Shown piece after piece: positions 8,727 to 17,092 of a stretch of DNA of 64,000 nucleotides. Made by a program: the position numbers and the translations under genes. The notes under the pieces were generated by a model. That model was given only the letters and a program-made list of their open reading frames with translations, made no database searches and was not told the origin of the DNA. This DNA comes from a virus. The stretch lies in the IMG/VR virus record IMGVR_UViG_3300035156_000188, positions 1 through 64,000 of that record; one strand, 5' to 3'. Positions within the stretch are counted from its first letter, which is position 1, and each line of letters begins with the position of its first letter.

Positions 8727-10273
8727 TTTTTCGCTGGCCCTTTAGGCTGCTCCGGGGTTTTCTTCATCGCCGAGGTGTTCGACGACGGATTGCCCGGCTT
8801 GGTGGAATCGGAGTCGTCGCCGGCTGCGGCCGACGCGGTCTTGAACATCGTGCCCATCAGCGGCTTGAAGCCAGTCGGCGGCAGGTTGTAGGTCAGGCGC
8901 AAGCAGGCCTCTTCGTCGGTCATGTAGCCGATCGAGACCTGGTTGGTGATGCGGTCGTACTTCATGGAGCGGTACGCTTCCAGTTCGCCGGCGGGCTTGA
9001 GCTCGATGTCGTCGAATTCGAACTCGACGGTCACGTCGTGGCCCATCAGGCGCGCAGCCAGGGTCAGCGCCTTGGAATAGATCTCCTGCAGCTTCTGGCG
9101 GACGGCGCCGTCGACGTTCTTGAGGAAGATGAGCGTCTCGGTCGAGGCCACGGTCTGCGTCTTCGCACCCATGCCCAGCACCGACGGCGGCGTCTTGACG
9201 GCGGTCGCGATCTTGCCGTTGTAGAGCTCGTTGACGGTGTTGAAGGTGTCCGGCGTGTCGCCGTTGTCGCCCTCGATGTACTTGATCGAGAAAAAGTCGA
9301 AGTGCACCATTGCCTCGTCGACACCCAGGTTGCTGATGGTGTCGTTGACCTGCTCGATAATGCCGTTCAGGTACGCGGTCAGCTCTTCCTCGTCGCCGAT
9401 GATGTCGGGCGGGATGCGCTCGCGCAGCTTCTCTTCGTCGATCTCGATGTCGTAGCGCTTGAACACGTGGCGCTCGCACAGCTTGCGCAAGGTGGCCAGG
9501 AATGTGGTTGACGCCAGGACGGGCTGGATCGCCGACTCCATCGGGCTCTGCGGGTAGATGTCGTAGAGCGACGGGTCCAGGGCGACGTAGAAGAAGGTCG
9601 CGATGTCGAGGTCGATCTCGTCGCCGCCGATCTTCTGGATGGGCTTGACGCCCTTGCCGTCTTCGTAGAATTCGAGGGTCGAGACTGGCACCGGCACCCA
9701 CTGCAGCGGCAGGCGCTGCTTGTCGAGCACCAGCTCCATGGCCATGGCGCCGGTCTGCTGGATCTCCTTGGCCAACGATTCGCTGACACTGCGCAAGCTG
9801 CCGACCTGGGAGAAGCCGTTGATGTAGTCGGCGCCGGTGTTCATGGTGCGCAGCAGCTGCAGCGCCATGCGGGTCGCGTCGACGTTGAAGGTGCCGTCCG
9901 GGTCGCGCGCGATGGCGATGAACTTTTCCGGAATGCCGACGCGGGTGTTCGCCGCCAGGCTGCCGGCCAGCTCGGGGCTGATGCGCGAGAGGTTGCGAAC
10001 CTGGGTCGGCGTGTCGGCCGCACTGCGATACGCCGCCGTCAGGTCGACGTTGGCGATGTCAAAATTCTGTTTGGTGAGCTTGGAGGTCGACGCGACGATG
10101 CTCTTCCGGTAGCCCGGGAAGGACGCGCCGCCCGGCTTCGGAGGCTTCGGGGGTGGTTGGCTGGGTAGGTCAGTCGCCGCACGCATACGCGCGACGTCTT
10201 CGATATTCGAAGTCAGGCCGTCGGACGTGAAGTCGGACGACGAGCGCGTAAAGAGTTGGGTGATTTTCCACAT
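8723..10273 (-). CDS. portal protein (516 aa)
   Basis: Size and position between terminase and S49 protease; start set at MWKITQ because the upstream extension crosses the 21-nt element and terminator; no SD, so the start is uncertain. Confidence 0.75.
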   Translation of the reverse strand: MWKITQLFTRSSSDFTSDGLTSNIEDVARMRAATDLPSQPPPKPPKPGGASFPGYRKSIVASTSKLTKQNFDIANVDLTAAYRSAADTPTQVRNLSRISPELAGSLAANTRVGIPEKFIAIARDPDGTFNVDATRMALQLLRTMNTGADYINGFSQVGSLRSVSESLAKEIQQTGAMAMELVLDKQRLPLQWVPVPVSTLEFYEDGKGVKPIQKIGGDEIDLDIATFFYVALDPSLYDIYPQSPMESAIQPVLASTTFLATLRKLCERHVFKRYDIEIDEEKLRERIPPDIIGDEEELTAYLNGIIEQVNDTISNLGVDEAMVHFDFFSIKYIEGDNGDTPDTFNTVNELYNGKIATAVKTPPSVLGMGAKTQTVASTETLIFLKNVDGAVRQKLQEIYSKALTLAARLMGHDVTVEFEFDDIELKPAGELEAYRSMKYDRITNQVSIGYMTDEEACLRLTYNLPPTGFKPLMGTMFKTASAAAGDDSDSTKPGNPSSNTSAMKKTPEQPKGPAKK

Positions 10274-10279
10274 GCCAAG

Positions 10280-10300
10280 ATTGTGGCACAGAAATTGCTT
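10280..10300 (+). repeat. 21-nt element ATTGTGGCACAGAAATTGCTT, copy 2
   Basis: Exact copy of 5155-5175; 6 nt upstream (minus sense) of the portal ATG and about 26 nt after the terminator. Confidence 0.7.
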
Positions 10301-10325
10301 GTGGAAAAGAATTTTCGCAGGCAAC

Positions 10326-10347
10326 AAAAAGCCCACACATGGTGGGC
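10326..10347 (-). terminator. intrinsic terminator before the portal gene
   Basis: GCCCAC-acatg-GTGGGC followed on the minus strand by UUUUU. Confidence 0.7.
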
Positions 10348-10420
10348 TTCGTGCCGGCCAGGATCTCCCAACCCAAACTCGCTTTGGACGCGGTAACCAG
10401 CTAGTCGCTAGATGCGAGAA

Positions 10421-10678
10421 CTATACCCGAGGGTTCGGCATAAAGCTATAGCGCAGGTGGCCAAGGTGGTCCGGCAAGCAGATCTGGACGCGGCCGGTCA
10501 GCGTCTCGGTGACGGAGATGTCGCCGCGCATCTCGCCAGTCAGGCGCATGACCTCGCCAGCGACGTCGTCGGCGTAGACGACCGGGCCCGGGACCGGCGC
10601 GCCATTGAGCAGGATCTTCGCATGAGCGATCAGGTCCGGGTGGTAGGCCGGGTGCGAGTGGACGGCGTGGATCTTCAT
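10421..10678 (-). CDS. small head-module protein (85 aa)
   Basis: ATG MKIHAV.. overlaps upstream stop (ATGA-type coupling); the lambda gpW position. Confidence 0.55.
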   Translation of the reverse strand: MKIHAVHSHPAYHPDLIAHAKILLNGAPVPGPVVYADDVAGEVMRLTGEMRGDISVTETLTGRVQICLPDHLGHLRYSFMPNPRV

Positions 10679-11040
10679 GCTGCGAGCTTGCCTTCGACGC
10701 CACGCGCCAGGCGGCGGGTGTGGTTGGCCAGCGCCTGGGCCGCGCAGTGCAGGTAGACCAGCGCCGCGGCGTTCTCGTCGCAGGGGAACTGGCCCTCCTG
10801 CAAGCAGGCCAGGCGGTCGGCGACGACTGCCATCAGCGCTTCCATCGTCACGCCGTTGGTACCGTGCACGTCTGGGTGGCCGTTCTGGAAACGGATGTCG
10901 CACAGCACCGCGCTGGTGCCGAGCGCCAGCGCGCGCGGGTCCTGGGTGATCAGGTAGCGGTTGACGGCGCCGGCCGCGTTCGGCTCGCCGTGCGCACGGA
11001 TGGTCAGTGCGTCAGCGTCGCTGGTGATTTTGCGTTCCAT
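10675..11040 (-). CDS. conserved phage protein (121 aa), function unknown
   Basis: AGGAAA-N5-ATG; text RFQNGHP..GTNGVTMEALMAVVADRLACLQEGQFPCDENAAAL resembles a recurrent phage family I cannot name. Confidence 0.6.
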   Translation of the reverse strand: MERKITSDADALTIRAHGEPNAAGAVNRYLITQDPRALALGTSAVLCDIRFQNGHPDVHGTNGVTMEALMAVVADRLACLQEGQFPCDENAAALVYLHCAAQALANHTRRLARGVEGKLAA

Positions 11041-11071
11041 GACATTTCCTAAAAGATGGGGTTCGGAAATA

Positions 11072-12805
11072 TTACCGCATGGCACCGACCACGTGGGAAT
11101 CTTTTTTCTCCGTCACCTTCAGCCGGTGCGCGATCGCGAAGCCGGCGAAGCTGACGTTCTTGGACGCCGTTGGCGCGAGCCGGCACGCCACGTGCAGGTA
11201 GCCCAGCGCGTGCATGTAGTGGTCCTGGCCTTCGGGCGACTTGACCCAGGTCCAGGTCAGCTCGTTGAAGTTGTCGAAGACTTGCTTCCTCTTCATGTCC
11301 AGGCAGTGCTGGATGAAGAGTTCGTCCTCCTGGTCGTCGCCGGCCTGCCACAGCACCAGGCCGTTCTTGAACAGCTGCATGACCTCGTCGAAGTTCACGT
11401 CGCGGTGGATCTTCGCCTGGTTGATCGGCAGCTTGCCCTCCTTCAGGTTCTTGTCGACCATGACGAGCTCGTAGGTCGCGTTCTTTTTGTTGTTGTGATA
11501 CACGCCGCCGTACAGGTTCTTGTCCGCTTTCTGCATGGTCTGCACCAGGTACGTCTCCGGCTGGCTGTCCATCACCTTCATTAGGCACCGGTATTGGCGC
11601 GCGAGCTCAAGTTTGCGTTTGTTTAGGTTGGCCAGCAGCGGGCGTTCCTTGTGCACCACACGCAAGCGGCCATCCTCGTCGATGCGGCCGATGCAGATCG
11701 TGCACAGCTGGCCGACGTCGATGCCCATGTGGTGCATGGCGCCGGTGACGAGCTCGCCGTCGGTGTAGCGCGCCTGGGACAGATCGCTGCGGGTGAGCTG
11801 GCTGTCGTCCTCGTTGGCGGTCTCGCCCAGCGCCTGGTTGACGAACTCGGCCCAGGTCTTGTACTTGGTGATCTCCTGGACCAGCGATGGGATGGTGACC
11901 ACGTTCGGGACGTCGAAGGGCGTGACGAAGTAGCCGACCGCCTCGAAGTTGTCGTCCGGGTTCTCGCAGATCCAGCGGCGGTGCGCCGGCTGCAGGCTCG
12001 GTTCGGCGTCGCAGCTCGGGCAGTGCAGCCGCGCTTCGCGCCAGCGCACCTGGGGCAGGTTGTACTTGGTGATGTCCTTGAAGCGGCCGGCGTAGCCCGG
12101 AATCTTGACGTCGGTGTGGAAGCTCGGGACGAAGGTGAAGCCGCAGTGGTTGCAGGTGCAGGCGCGGCGCATGCGCCGGCTGGTTTTCATCTTCAGCGCG
12201 ATGCCGACGTCGTCCAGGGTCGGCGTGCCGAACTCGCGTGTGAGCTTGAACTTCGAGTGCTTGATACGCGACTGGTACTGGCCCAAGGCGTCCGGGTCCG
12301 AGCGGTCGACCTCGTCGTGGATCAGCATGTCGGCCGGCACCGAGATCGCGGAGGTTGTGCCCGAGCAGCCGCGGGTATAGAGCAGGCTGGTGCCGATGCC
12401 CTTGATCTCGGTGTTATCGAGGTCGCGGTCGATGATCTCGCGCAGCGCCGGCGACTCGTCGATGATCGGGGCGATACGGGTCTTGCTGAAGTTGCTCGCG
12501 TCGTTCGCGAACGGCATCGTCAGGATGACCGAGAAGTAGGGCATGACGGCGGTGACGGCCAGCGCGTAGCGCGCCATGGCCTCGGACATGCCGATCTGCG
12601 CGCACTTCTGCACGTTCACGACGCGGCTCGTGTCGGACAGGATGTCCTTCTGGAACTCGTGGTCGTGGAAGGAGAAGCGATCGCCCTTGAGGTAGGTTTT
12701 CTCTTCCAGGTAGCGCACGACGTCGCCCAGATCGTAGCTGTTGAACAGCGCGGTATCGAGGCGCAGCAGGTGCGCACGGATTTCTGGGTCGTCGACGAGG
12801 TTCAT
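11072..12805 (-). CDS. terL: terminase large subunit, lambda GpA type (577 aa)
   Basis: QKCAQIGMSE P-loop-like region, LIHDEVD Walker-B-like, CNHCG..CPSC zinc ribbon, C-terminal nuclease-sized domain; upstream of the portal. Confidence 0.85.
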   Translation of the reverse strand: MNLVDDPEIRAHLLRLDTALFNSYDLGDVVRYLEEKTYLKGDRFSFHDHEFQKDILSDTSRVVNVQKCAQIGMSEAMARYALAVTAVMPYFSVILTMPFANDASNFSKTRIAPIIDESPALREIIDRDLDNTEIKGIGTSLLYTRGCSGTTSAISVPADMLIHDEVDRSDPDALGQYQSRIKHSKFKLTREFGTPTLDDVGIALKMKTSRRMRRACTCNHCGFTFVPSFHTDVKIPGYAGRFKDITKYNLPQVRWREARLHCPSCDAEPSLQPAHRRWICENPDDNFEAVGYFVTPFDVPNVVTIPSLVQEITKYKTWAEFVNQALGETANEDDSQLTRSDLSQARYTDGELVTGAMHHMGIDVGQLCTICIGRIDEDGRLRVVHKERPLLANLNKRKLELARQYRCLMKVMDSQPETYLVQTMQKADKNLYGGVYHNNKKNATYELVMVDKNLKEGKLPINQAKIHRDVNFDEVMQLFKNGLVLWQAGDDQEDELFIQHCLDMKRKQVFDNFNELTWTWVKSPEGQDHYMHALGYLHVACRLAPTASKNVSFAGFAIAHRLKVTEKKDSHVVGAMR

Positions 12806-13002
12806 TGGCGCAGGAGCAGAGAGATAGCCAGGCTGACCACCAGGGACAGGCCCAGGATGTCGGCCCGGAAGGCTTTACGGAAGCCGCGGCGGAAGGCTGG
12901 CCAGTTGATCGGCGGCCAGCCGTCGTACACGAGGCGCGCTGGTGGTGGCTCTGGCGGCGGCGGGATCTCGCGGGGCCGGGCTTTCAGGTGCGTAATTTTC
13001 AT
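12802..13002 (-). CDS. small tail-anchored membrane protein (66 aa)
   Basis: Coupled ORF; P-rich N-terminus and C-terminal hydrophobic helix. Confidence 0.45.
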   Translation of the reverse strand: MKITHLKARPREIPPPPEPPPARLVYDGWPPINWPAFRRGFRKAFRADILGLSLVVSLAISLLLRQ

Positions 13003-13448
13003 GCTGCCTCCGGTGCCGGCGTCTCCGGCTTGGTCAGGTAGTCGCCGTACAGGTTGAAGAACAGCTTCTGCTGCTCTTCCGGCAGGCTCTTCATGGTTTT
13101 CATCCAGGCGGCCTCGTAGCGCTTCAGGCGCTCGGCGTCGTAGACGACCTTCTGTTGCTTGACGATCTTTTCCAGCATGGCGCCGACCGAATTGAACACC
13201 TGCGCGCGCTGGTTGGCCGGCACGTCCTTGTCGTCCTGGATGGACGCAAGCAGGGCCATGCCCGAGCGGTACTGCAAGCCGAGCTCGTCGGCCATGTTGA
13301 GCATGCGCGGGTCGATTTGCAGCTTCTTGTCGACCGCGTGGCGCAGCTTGAGCAGGTCGTCTTCGGACAGGTCGGCGATGAGGGTGCCGGCGTCGAAGCC
13401 TTTTGCGGCCGGCTTGGCGCCGAGCGTGCCGTGATCTTTTAGAGCCAT
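12999..13448 (-). CDS. possible terminase small subunit (149 aa)
   Basis: Helical, K/Q/E-rich; lies upstream of terL with only the 66-aa ORF 12802..13002 between; no diagnostic motif. Confidence 0.4.
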   Translation of the reverse strand: MALKDHGTLGAKPAAKGFDAGTLIADLSEDDLLKLRHAVDKKLQIDPRMLNMADELGLQYRSGMALLASIQDDKDVPANQRAQVFNSVGAMLEKIVKQQKVVYDAERLKRYEAAWMKTMKSLPEEQQKLFFNLYGDYLTKPETPAPEAA

Positions 13449-13458
13449 GTTTGTGTCC

Positions 13459-13767
13459 TTATTTCGTCATGCGGCCGACGTTCCACCAGGTGTGGCCTTC
13501 CAGGTAGAAGGTGTGGTAACCGTCACGGTGGCCGACCAGCGTCCACCAGTTGGCCAGGACGCAGCGCAGCTGCTTGCGCCAGCGCAGGTCGGGCTGGGTT
13601 TCTGGGGCGTCGCGCAGCACGCGCACAATGAAGCAGGTGTGACTGATCGAACAGACCAGCCCCCAGAGGATCTCCAGGAGCAGCCAGACGAAGGCGAGGG
13701 CGACCAGGCCCCAGACCACGGCGCCGGTCGCCCAGATGAAGTCGTCGAAGGGGTTGGAGATGATCAT
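13459..13767 (-). CDS. membrane protein (102 aa)
   Basis: Two W/L-rich hydrophobic segments; coupled to the upstream gene. Confidence 0.5.
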   Translation of the reverse strand: MIISNPFDDFIWATGAVVWGLVALAFVWLLLEILWGLVCSISHTCFIVRVLRDAPETQPDLRWRKQLRCVLANWWTLVGHRDGYHTFYLEGHTWWNVGRMTK

Positions 13768-14057
13768 TTCTTGGCCTTGTAGCGGTAGATGGTGCGGACG
13801 CTGCAGTTGGCGCGGCTGGCGGCCTGGGCGAGAGTCAGTTCAGGGTCGTTGGCCAGGCGCGTGCGCAGCTCGCGGCGGGCGTCCAGGAGCTTGCCGGCGC
13901 TGCTGCGGTCGGGTGCGGGCTCTTTCTTGACGCCCAGGCTCTTGAGGACGCGGCAGAGGTGATGTTCGGTGACGTTCAGCTCGCGCGCGACAGCGCGGTT
14001 GGTCATCTCTCGGGAGACCAACTTGGGCAAGTAGGGTTGGATGTTGTCGCGCAGCAT
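13764..14057 (-). CDS. helix-turn-helix DNA-binding protein, first gene of the late operon
   Basis: Two HTH-like stretches (NRAVARELNVTEHHLCRVLKSLG; LTLAQAASRANCSVRTIYRYK); start ambiguous (14114, 14057 or 14006). Confidence 0.6.
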   Translation of the reverse strand: MLRDNIQPYLPKLVSREMTNRAVARELNVTEHHLCRVLKSLGVKKEPAPDRSSAGKLLDARRELRTRLANDPELTLAQAASRANCSVRTIYRYKAKK

Positions 14058-14072
14058 GCAATAAGTATGCCA
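14057..14072 (-). promoter_or_regulatory. sigma54-like -24/-12 box TGGCAT-N5-TTGCA
   Basis: rc of 14057-14073 reads CTGGCATACTTATTGCA with correct GG..GC spacing; abuts the 14057 ATG. Confidence 0.35.
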
Positions 14073-14150
14073 GCTTTGTTGACAGCTGCCAATTTTATTG
14101 ATGCAGAAGGGCAAAAGTTTCGAGAATTTCTTAGAAAAATTTGAAAATCG

Positions 14151-14164
14151 GCACAGAATTGTGC
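14151..14164. promoter_or_regulatory. inverted repeat GCACA-gaat-TGTGC
   Basis: Perfect 5-bp arms; shares GGCACAGAA.TTG with the 21-nt element; about 85 bp upstream of the minus-strand box. Confidence 0.4.
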
Positions 14165-14343
14165 GATTTGCAACTGAAAAGTTTGAAATTGGGCCGCGTA
14201 TTTTTGGGGCACCTGGGAGGCCAGGCCGACCCGTCTGTTGCCTGAAGGCATATACGTCTAGAACGCGCCCACAGCCCCCACAGGCGACGCCAAAAGCGCC
14301 GTATCACTTCATACGCGAATTGTAACAACGCCACCATGAGCCG

Positions 14344-14527
14344 CTAGGCGCGTCCTATGGCGTGGCACGCTTATTGCTTAGGTCCAGCGCCGATAGCGCC
14401 AGGCTATGCACGGTCCAGGATGCGATAGGTCTAGGCTATGGTAAACCCGGCCGCGCGATAGGCCAGGTCTATCAAAAATCCCACATCAATAGCATTTTAC
14501 TTCGCGCCAGCGATAGGCCAGGCCTAT
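14344..14527. repeat. array of five ATAG-N7-CTA(T/G) dyads
   Basis: Copies at 14344-14358 (reverse orientation, CTAG end), 14393-14407, 14425-14439, 14458-14472, 14513-14527; centres of the last four are spaced 32, 33 and 55 bp; flanked by GCG and GGTCCAG. Confidence 0.7.
14363..14379 (+). promoter_or_regulatory. sigma54 consensus-like box TGGCACG-N4-TTGCT
   Basis: Reads TGGCACGCTTATTGCTT; shares GTGGCAC and TTGCTT with the two 21-mers while the 5-nt spacer differs. Confidence 0.45.
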
Positions 14528-14568
14528 TAGGTCCAGCCTTGCGATTAACAAATACAATCAAAATATGT

Positions 14569-14587
14569 GCTCAGAATGAGCTTTTTT
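14569..14587 (+). terminator. intrinsic terminator
   Basis: GCTCA-gaa-TGAGC followed by TTTTTT. Confidence 0.6.
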
Positions 14588-14600
14588 AAGCGAATTAAGC

Positions 14601-14629
14601 TTGTCAAACTCATTTAGAAGGAACATAAT
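14601..14629 (+). promoter_or_regulatory. sigma70-type promoter candidate TTGTCA-17-CATAAT
   Basis: Hexamers at 14601-14606 and 14624-14629; about 80 nt upstream of the 14710 ATG. Confidence 0.5.
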
Positions 14630-14709
14630 CAAGTCTCAGTACAGGAACACGAAGACGAAACAACCGGCGCACTAGGCGCTAAACCTAACCACTAATACTG
14701 GAGTCTCAA

Positions 14710-15444
14710 ATGAAACTTGCCCCACTCTCCGCAGTCCTCCTCTCCCAATTCGTTAGCGCTGATGCTGGTAACGCCGAATCGCAACACGATGCACGACTGT
14801 GCGCACTGTATGGCGCCTTCATGTGCGTCTTTAAAGACGGCAATAAAACGCAAGTCGAATTGGTGAAAGCCGCCGCCTCTACCTACACCAAAGCGGAGGA
14901 TTGCGGCGTGCTGGTAGGTACGCCGGGCAAAGCCGGAGCCGCCGCTAAGCGCGCTTTCAAGATCTACCAAGCTTATGCGCATGGTATCACTGCCGCTTTC
15001 GATGATGTCGCGCCGTGCGCACTGCTCAAGATTGAAGGCAAGAAAGCCAGTATTGAGCAGTGCGCCGAGTACGCTGAGCGCGCCGCCTATATCGTCGGTG
15101 ATTTGGTTCTGTCGGCTATCACGCCGAAAGAGAAAACCGAAGCGGAGAAGAAAGCCGCCGAGGAGAAAGCCGCCACCAAGAAAGCGGAGAAGGAGAAGGA
15201 GGAGAAAGCCGCCGCCAAAGCCGCCGCCGCTGAGCGCAAAACGGAAATTGAGAAAGCCGCCGCCCGCAAACTGGCAAGCGATGCTGAAGCCGTCATTGAC
15301 GCGACGGTTAACATGCTGGCTGTTGGCGCGCTGGATGCTGAACAAATTGCCATGCTGGCTGAAGCGGTAGCAGCGGCACAAGCGCGCGCCGTAGTGGCGA
15401 CCGCCGCCGCTCCAGTAGCAGAGGAGGCAACCGAAGCGGCATAA
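14710..15444 (+). CDS. hypothetical protein (244 aa) with signal-like N-terminus and K/E/A-rich central region
   Basis: GGAG-N7-ATG; LAPLSAVLLSQFVSA hydrophobic start; EKKAAEEKAATKKAEKEKEEKAAAKAAAAE block; followed by hairpins. Confidence 0.75.
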   Translation: MKLAPLSAVLLSQFVSADAGNAESQHDARLCALYGAFMCVFKDGNKTQVELVKAAASTYTKAEDCGVLVGTPGKAGAAAKRAFKIYQAYAHGITAAFDDVAPCALLKIEGKKASIEQCAEYAERAAYIVGDLVLSAITPKEKTEAEKKAAEEKAATKKAEKEKEEKAAAKAAAAERKTEIEKAAARKLASDAEAVIDATVNMLAVGALDAEQIAMLAEAVAAAQARAVVATAAAPVAEEATEAA

Positions 15445-15453
15445 GCCGCTGAT

Positions 15454-15503
15454 AAGTGCCCGGATAACGGGCACTTAATAAAGCGCTGTAGCAGCGCTTT
15501 ATT
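15454..15503 (+). terminator. twin hairpins after the 244-aa gene
   Basis: AAGTGCCCG-gataa-CGGGCACTT and AAAGCGCTG-tag-CAGCGCTTT; T tails are weak. Confidence 0.45.
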
Positions 15504-16162
15504 AAGTGTCTAAATCCTCCGCCATAAAAGCCTAGCGCCCGAAAGACGCGCGACGCCATAGGAGGTTGTCTAGGGTAGAAACTTCGGGACATGCCGGTAT
15601 TCGGCGCCGTCGGGACTTCCCTTGATATTGTTCATTAACAATTTGCCTCCTACGGTATGACGCGCTCTAAGCGCCGTCGTCAAAGCACCCATTAACTGAT
15701 ATTCAGGCATTGGACGCGGAGACTTCGGGACTAGCAGCGGCGCGGAGAATGTGGGAAATGAAGTAGTAAAAGAGATTCTCAGTCGGAGCAATACGGATTG
15801 AAGGCGCGCAAACAATAATGCGCCGGAGACTAAGAGGCACTTATCAGGGTTTGCGGAATAAATAACCGCCATTGCCGGATAGGGAAGAAAAGAATCGGAG
15901 CTTTCGCACAAGGTTGACTAGAAATAGTTGAGTGGAATGCTGGGCCCGAGACGCCATGCGCTAATACACCATGGCCGCTTAGTAGAGCACCTGAGAACAG
16001 TAAAAATAAAATCCTAGGCCATAAGGTACTAGGCGGCGATGAGCCGAACCGCTTTGGCAAGCGGTTAAACGCCTGTCTCGGGCGTGATAATACGAGAATA
16101 GAAATACCCTGCCCGTTGTGGACATTTCAGCGGGCAGGCATTTCTAGCACGGAGAATAAATC
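15504..16162. other. ORF-free, hairpin-rich segment (candidate non-coding RNA or regulatory DNA)
   Basis: No ORF with an RBS on either strand; several stems (GGCGC..GCGCC at 15803-15825, AACCGCTT..AAGCGGTT at 16047-16066, CCTGCCCG..CGGGCAGG at 16109-16139); repeated ACTTCGGGAC and GCCATA(A/G)-N4-8-CTAG motifs. Confidence 0.4.
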
Positions 16163-16489
16163 ATGCCTTCCCTTCAAGATGCACTGGCCGGCGTGGCCGA
16201 CAAATTCACGCCAGTGCCCCAACTCCGCCTGGCCAAAGTCCGTCCGAAGAAAGCGGCCGCGCCGAAAAAGCCAGCAGGCAAGTTGCCGCGCCGGGTGCCA
16301 ATCGAGACCTTTGCTGTCGCCAAACAGATTCCCCTTTACGGCGAGCAGGGCGCCCACAGCGAGAGCCGCGAGCCGCCCACGTATGACGACGTATTCCCTG
16401 AGCGGTTCTTTGCCGGGCCGCTCTACAGCAGCGCCAAGCCAGCCGTCCCATTCCTGATAACCAAAATGCAGATTGGAAAAACGAAATGA
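16163..16489 (+). CDS. hypothetical protein (108 aa)
   Basis: GGAG-N8-ATG; K/P/A-rich N-terminal half. Confidence 0.6.
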   Translation: MPSLQDALAGVADKFTPVPQLRLAKVRPKKAAAPKKPAGKLPRRVPIETFAVAKQIPLYGEQGAHSESREPPTYDDVFPERFFAGPLYSSAKPAVPFLITKMQIGKTK

Positions 16490-16647
16490 ACCTCATCCGC
16501 AACGCTTTCGCGAACGACACCCGCGACAAGAGCATCGCCGCCTTCCTCGTCCTTTGCCTGTTCGCCTTGGCCGGCGACCTCTGGACCCGCGGCACGGCGT
16601 CGCTGTACGGGCGCTTCTTCCTCTGGCTGGTCGAGGTGACGCTGTGA
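16486..16647 (+). CDS. small membrane protein (53 aa)
   Basis: ATGA overlap with upstream stop; one long hydrophobic helix; below the track size cut-off, translated by hand. Confidence 0.45.
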   Translation: MNLIRNAFANDTRDKSIAAFLVLCLFALAGDLWTRGTASLYGRFFLWLVEVTL

Positions 16648-16831
16648 GGGCCATGGCGCCCTTCCGGCAGGCGGCGCTGGTGCTGGCCTACCTCGCTTCT
16701 GGGATCGTGCCTACGGCGGTTCTGGTGGTTCTGCGGGCCTCGCTGTAAGATTGCCGCAGAGAAAATTTTTGGTGGCGTGGTCAGTTCACAAAACACGCCC
16801 CTGTCCGATGTAACTTAACTAAGGAATTATC

Positions 16832-17029
16832 ATGTATATCGCACGTCGTATGCTGGTCAACGAGTTCAAATCCGACGAAGCCTTCATCGCGAAGGACGCA
16901 GCAGGCAAGCCGCGCATCTTCTGTGTCGAGCACGAGAGCGGCCGCACCATCCCGGGCCTGTCCTGGACCGAAGCCGTGGCCGAGGCAAAGCAGCTGAACG
17001 AAGAATGCGCCATGATGCTGCTGGCGTAA
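16832..17029 (+). CDS. hypothetical protein (65 aa)
   Basis: AAGGA-N7-ATG; ordinary composition. Confidence 0.55.
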   Translation: MYIARRMLVNEFKSDEAFIAKDAAGKPRIFCVEHESGRTIPGLSWTEAVAEAKQLNEECAMMLLA

Positions 17030-17092
17030 AGCAAGGCCCCATTCCGCCTGGCGTTCGACCAGGCCTGCACCAAACCCCACCGCGAGAGCACC

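Noticed and set aside
14391-14587. Idea that a ~190-nt RNA from the 14363 box to the 14569 terminator, carrying four AUAGG-loop-CCUAU hairpins, is a CsrB/RsmY-type protein sponge.
   Set aside because: The loops read CCAGG or UCUAGG and lack the GGA core in the ANGGA context required for CsrA/RsmA binding. The 32-33-bp phasing fits a DNA-binding array better.
15570-16060. Track ORFs 15570..15911 (-) and 15830..16060 (-) in the ORF-free segment.
   Set aside because: They lack an RBS, one has a TTG start, the composition is odd (S/P/L/F-rich), and the codon endings are A/T-rich on both. I treated the segment as non-coding.
16858-16878. GAGTTCAAATCCGAC, which looks like a tRNA T-loop.
   Set aside because: The flanking bases cannot form a T stem (ACGAG versus CCGAC), no acceptor, D or anticodon arms can be drawn, and the site lies inside a well-supported 65-aa ORF. 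I found no tRNA anywhere else in the window.
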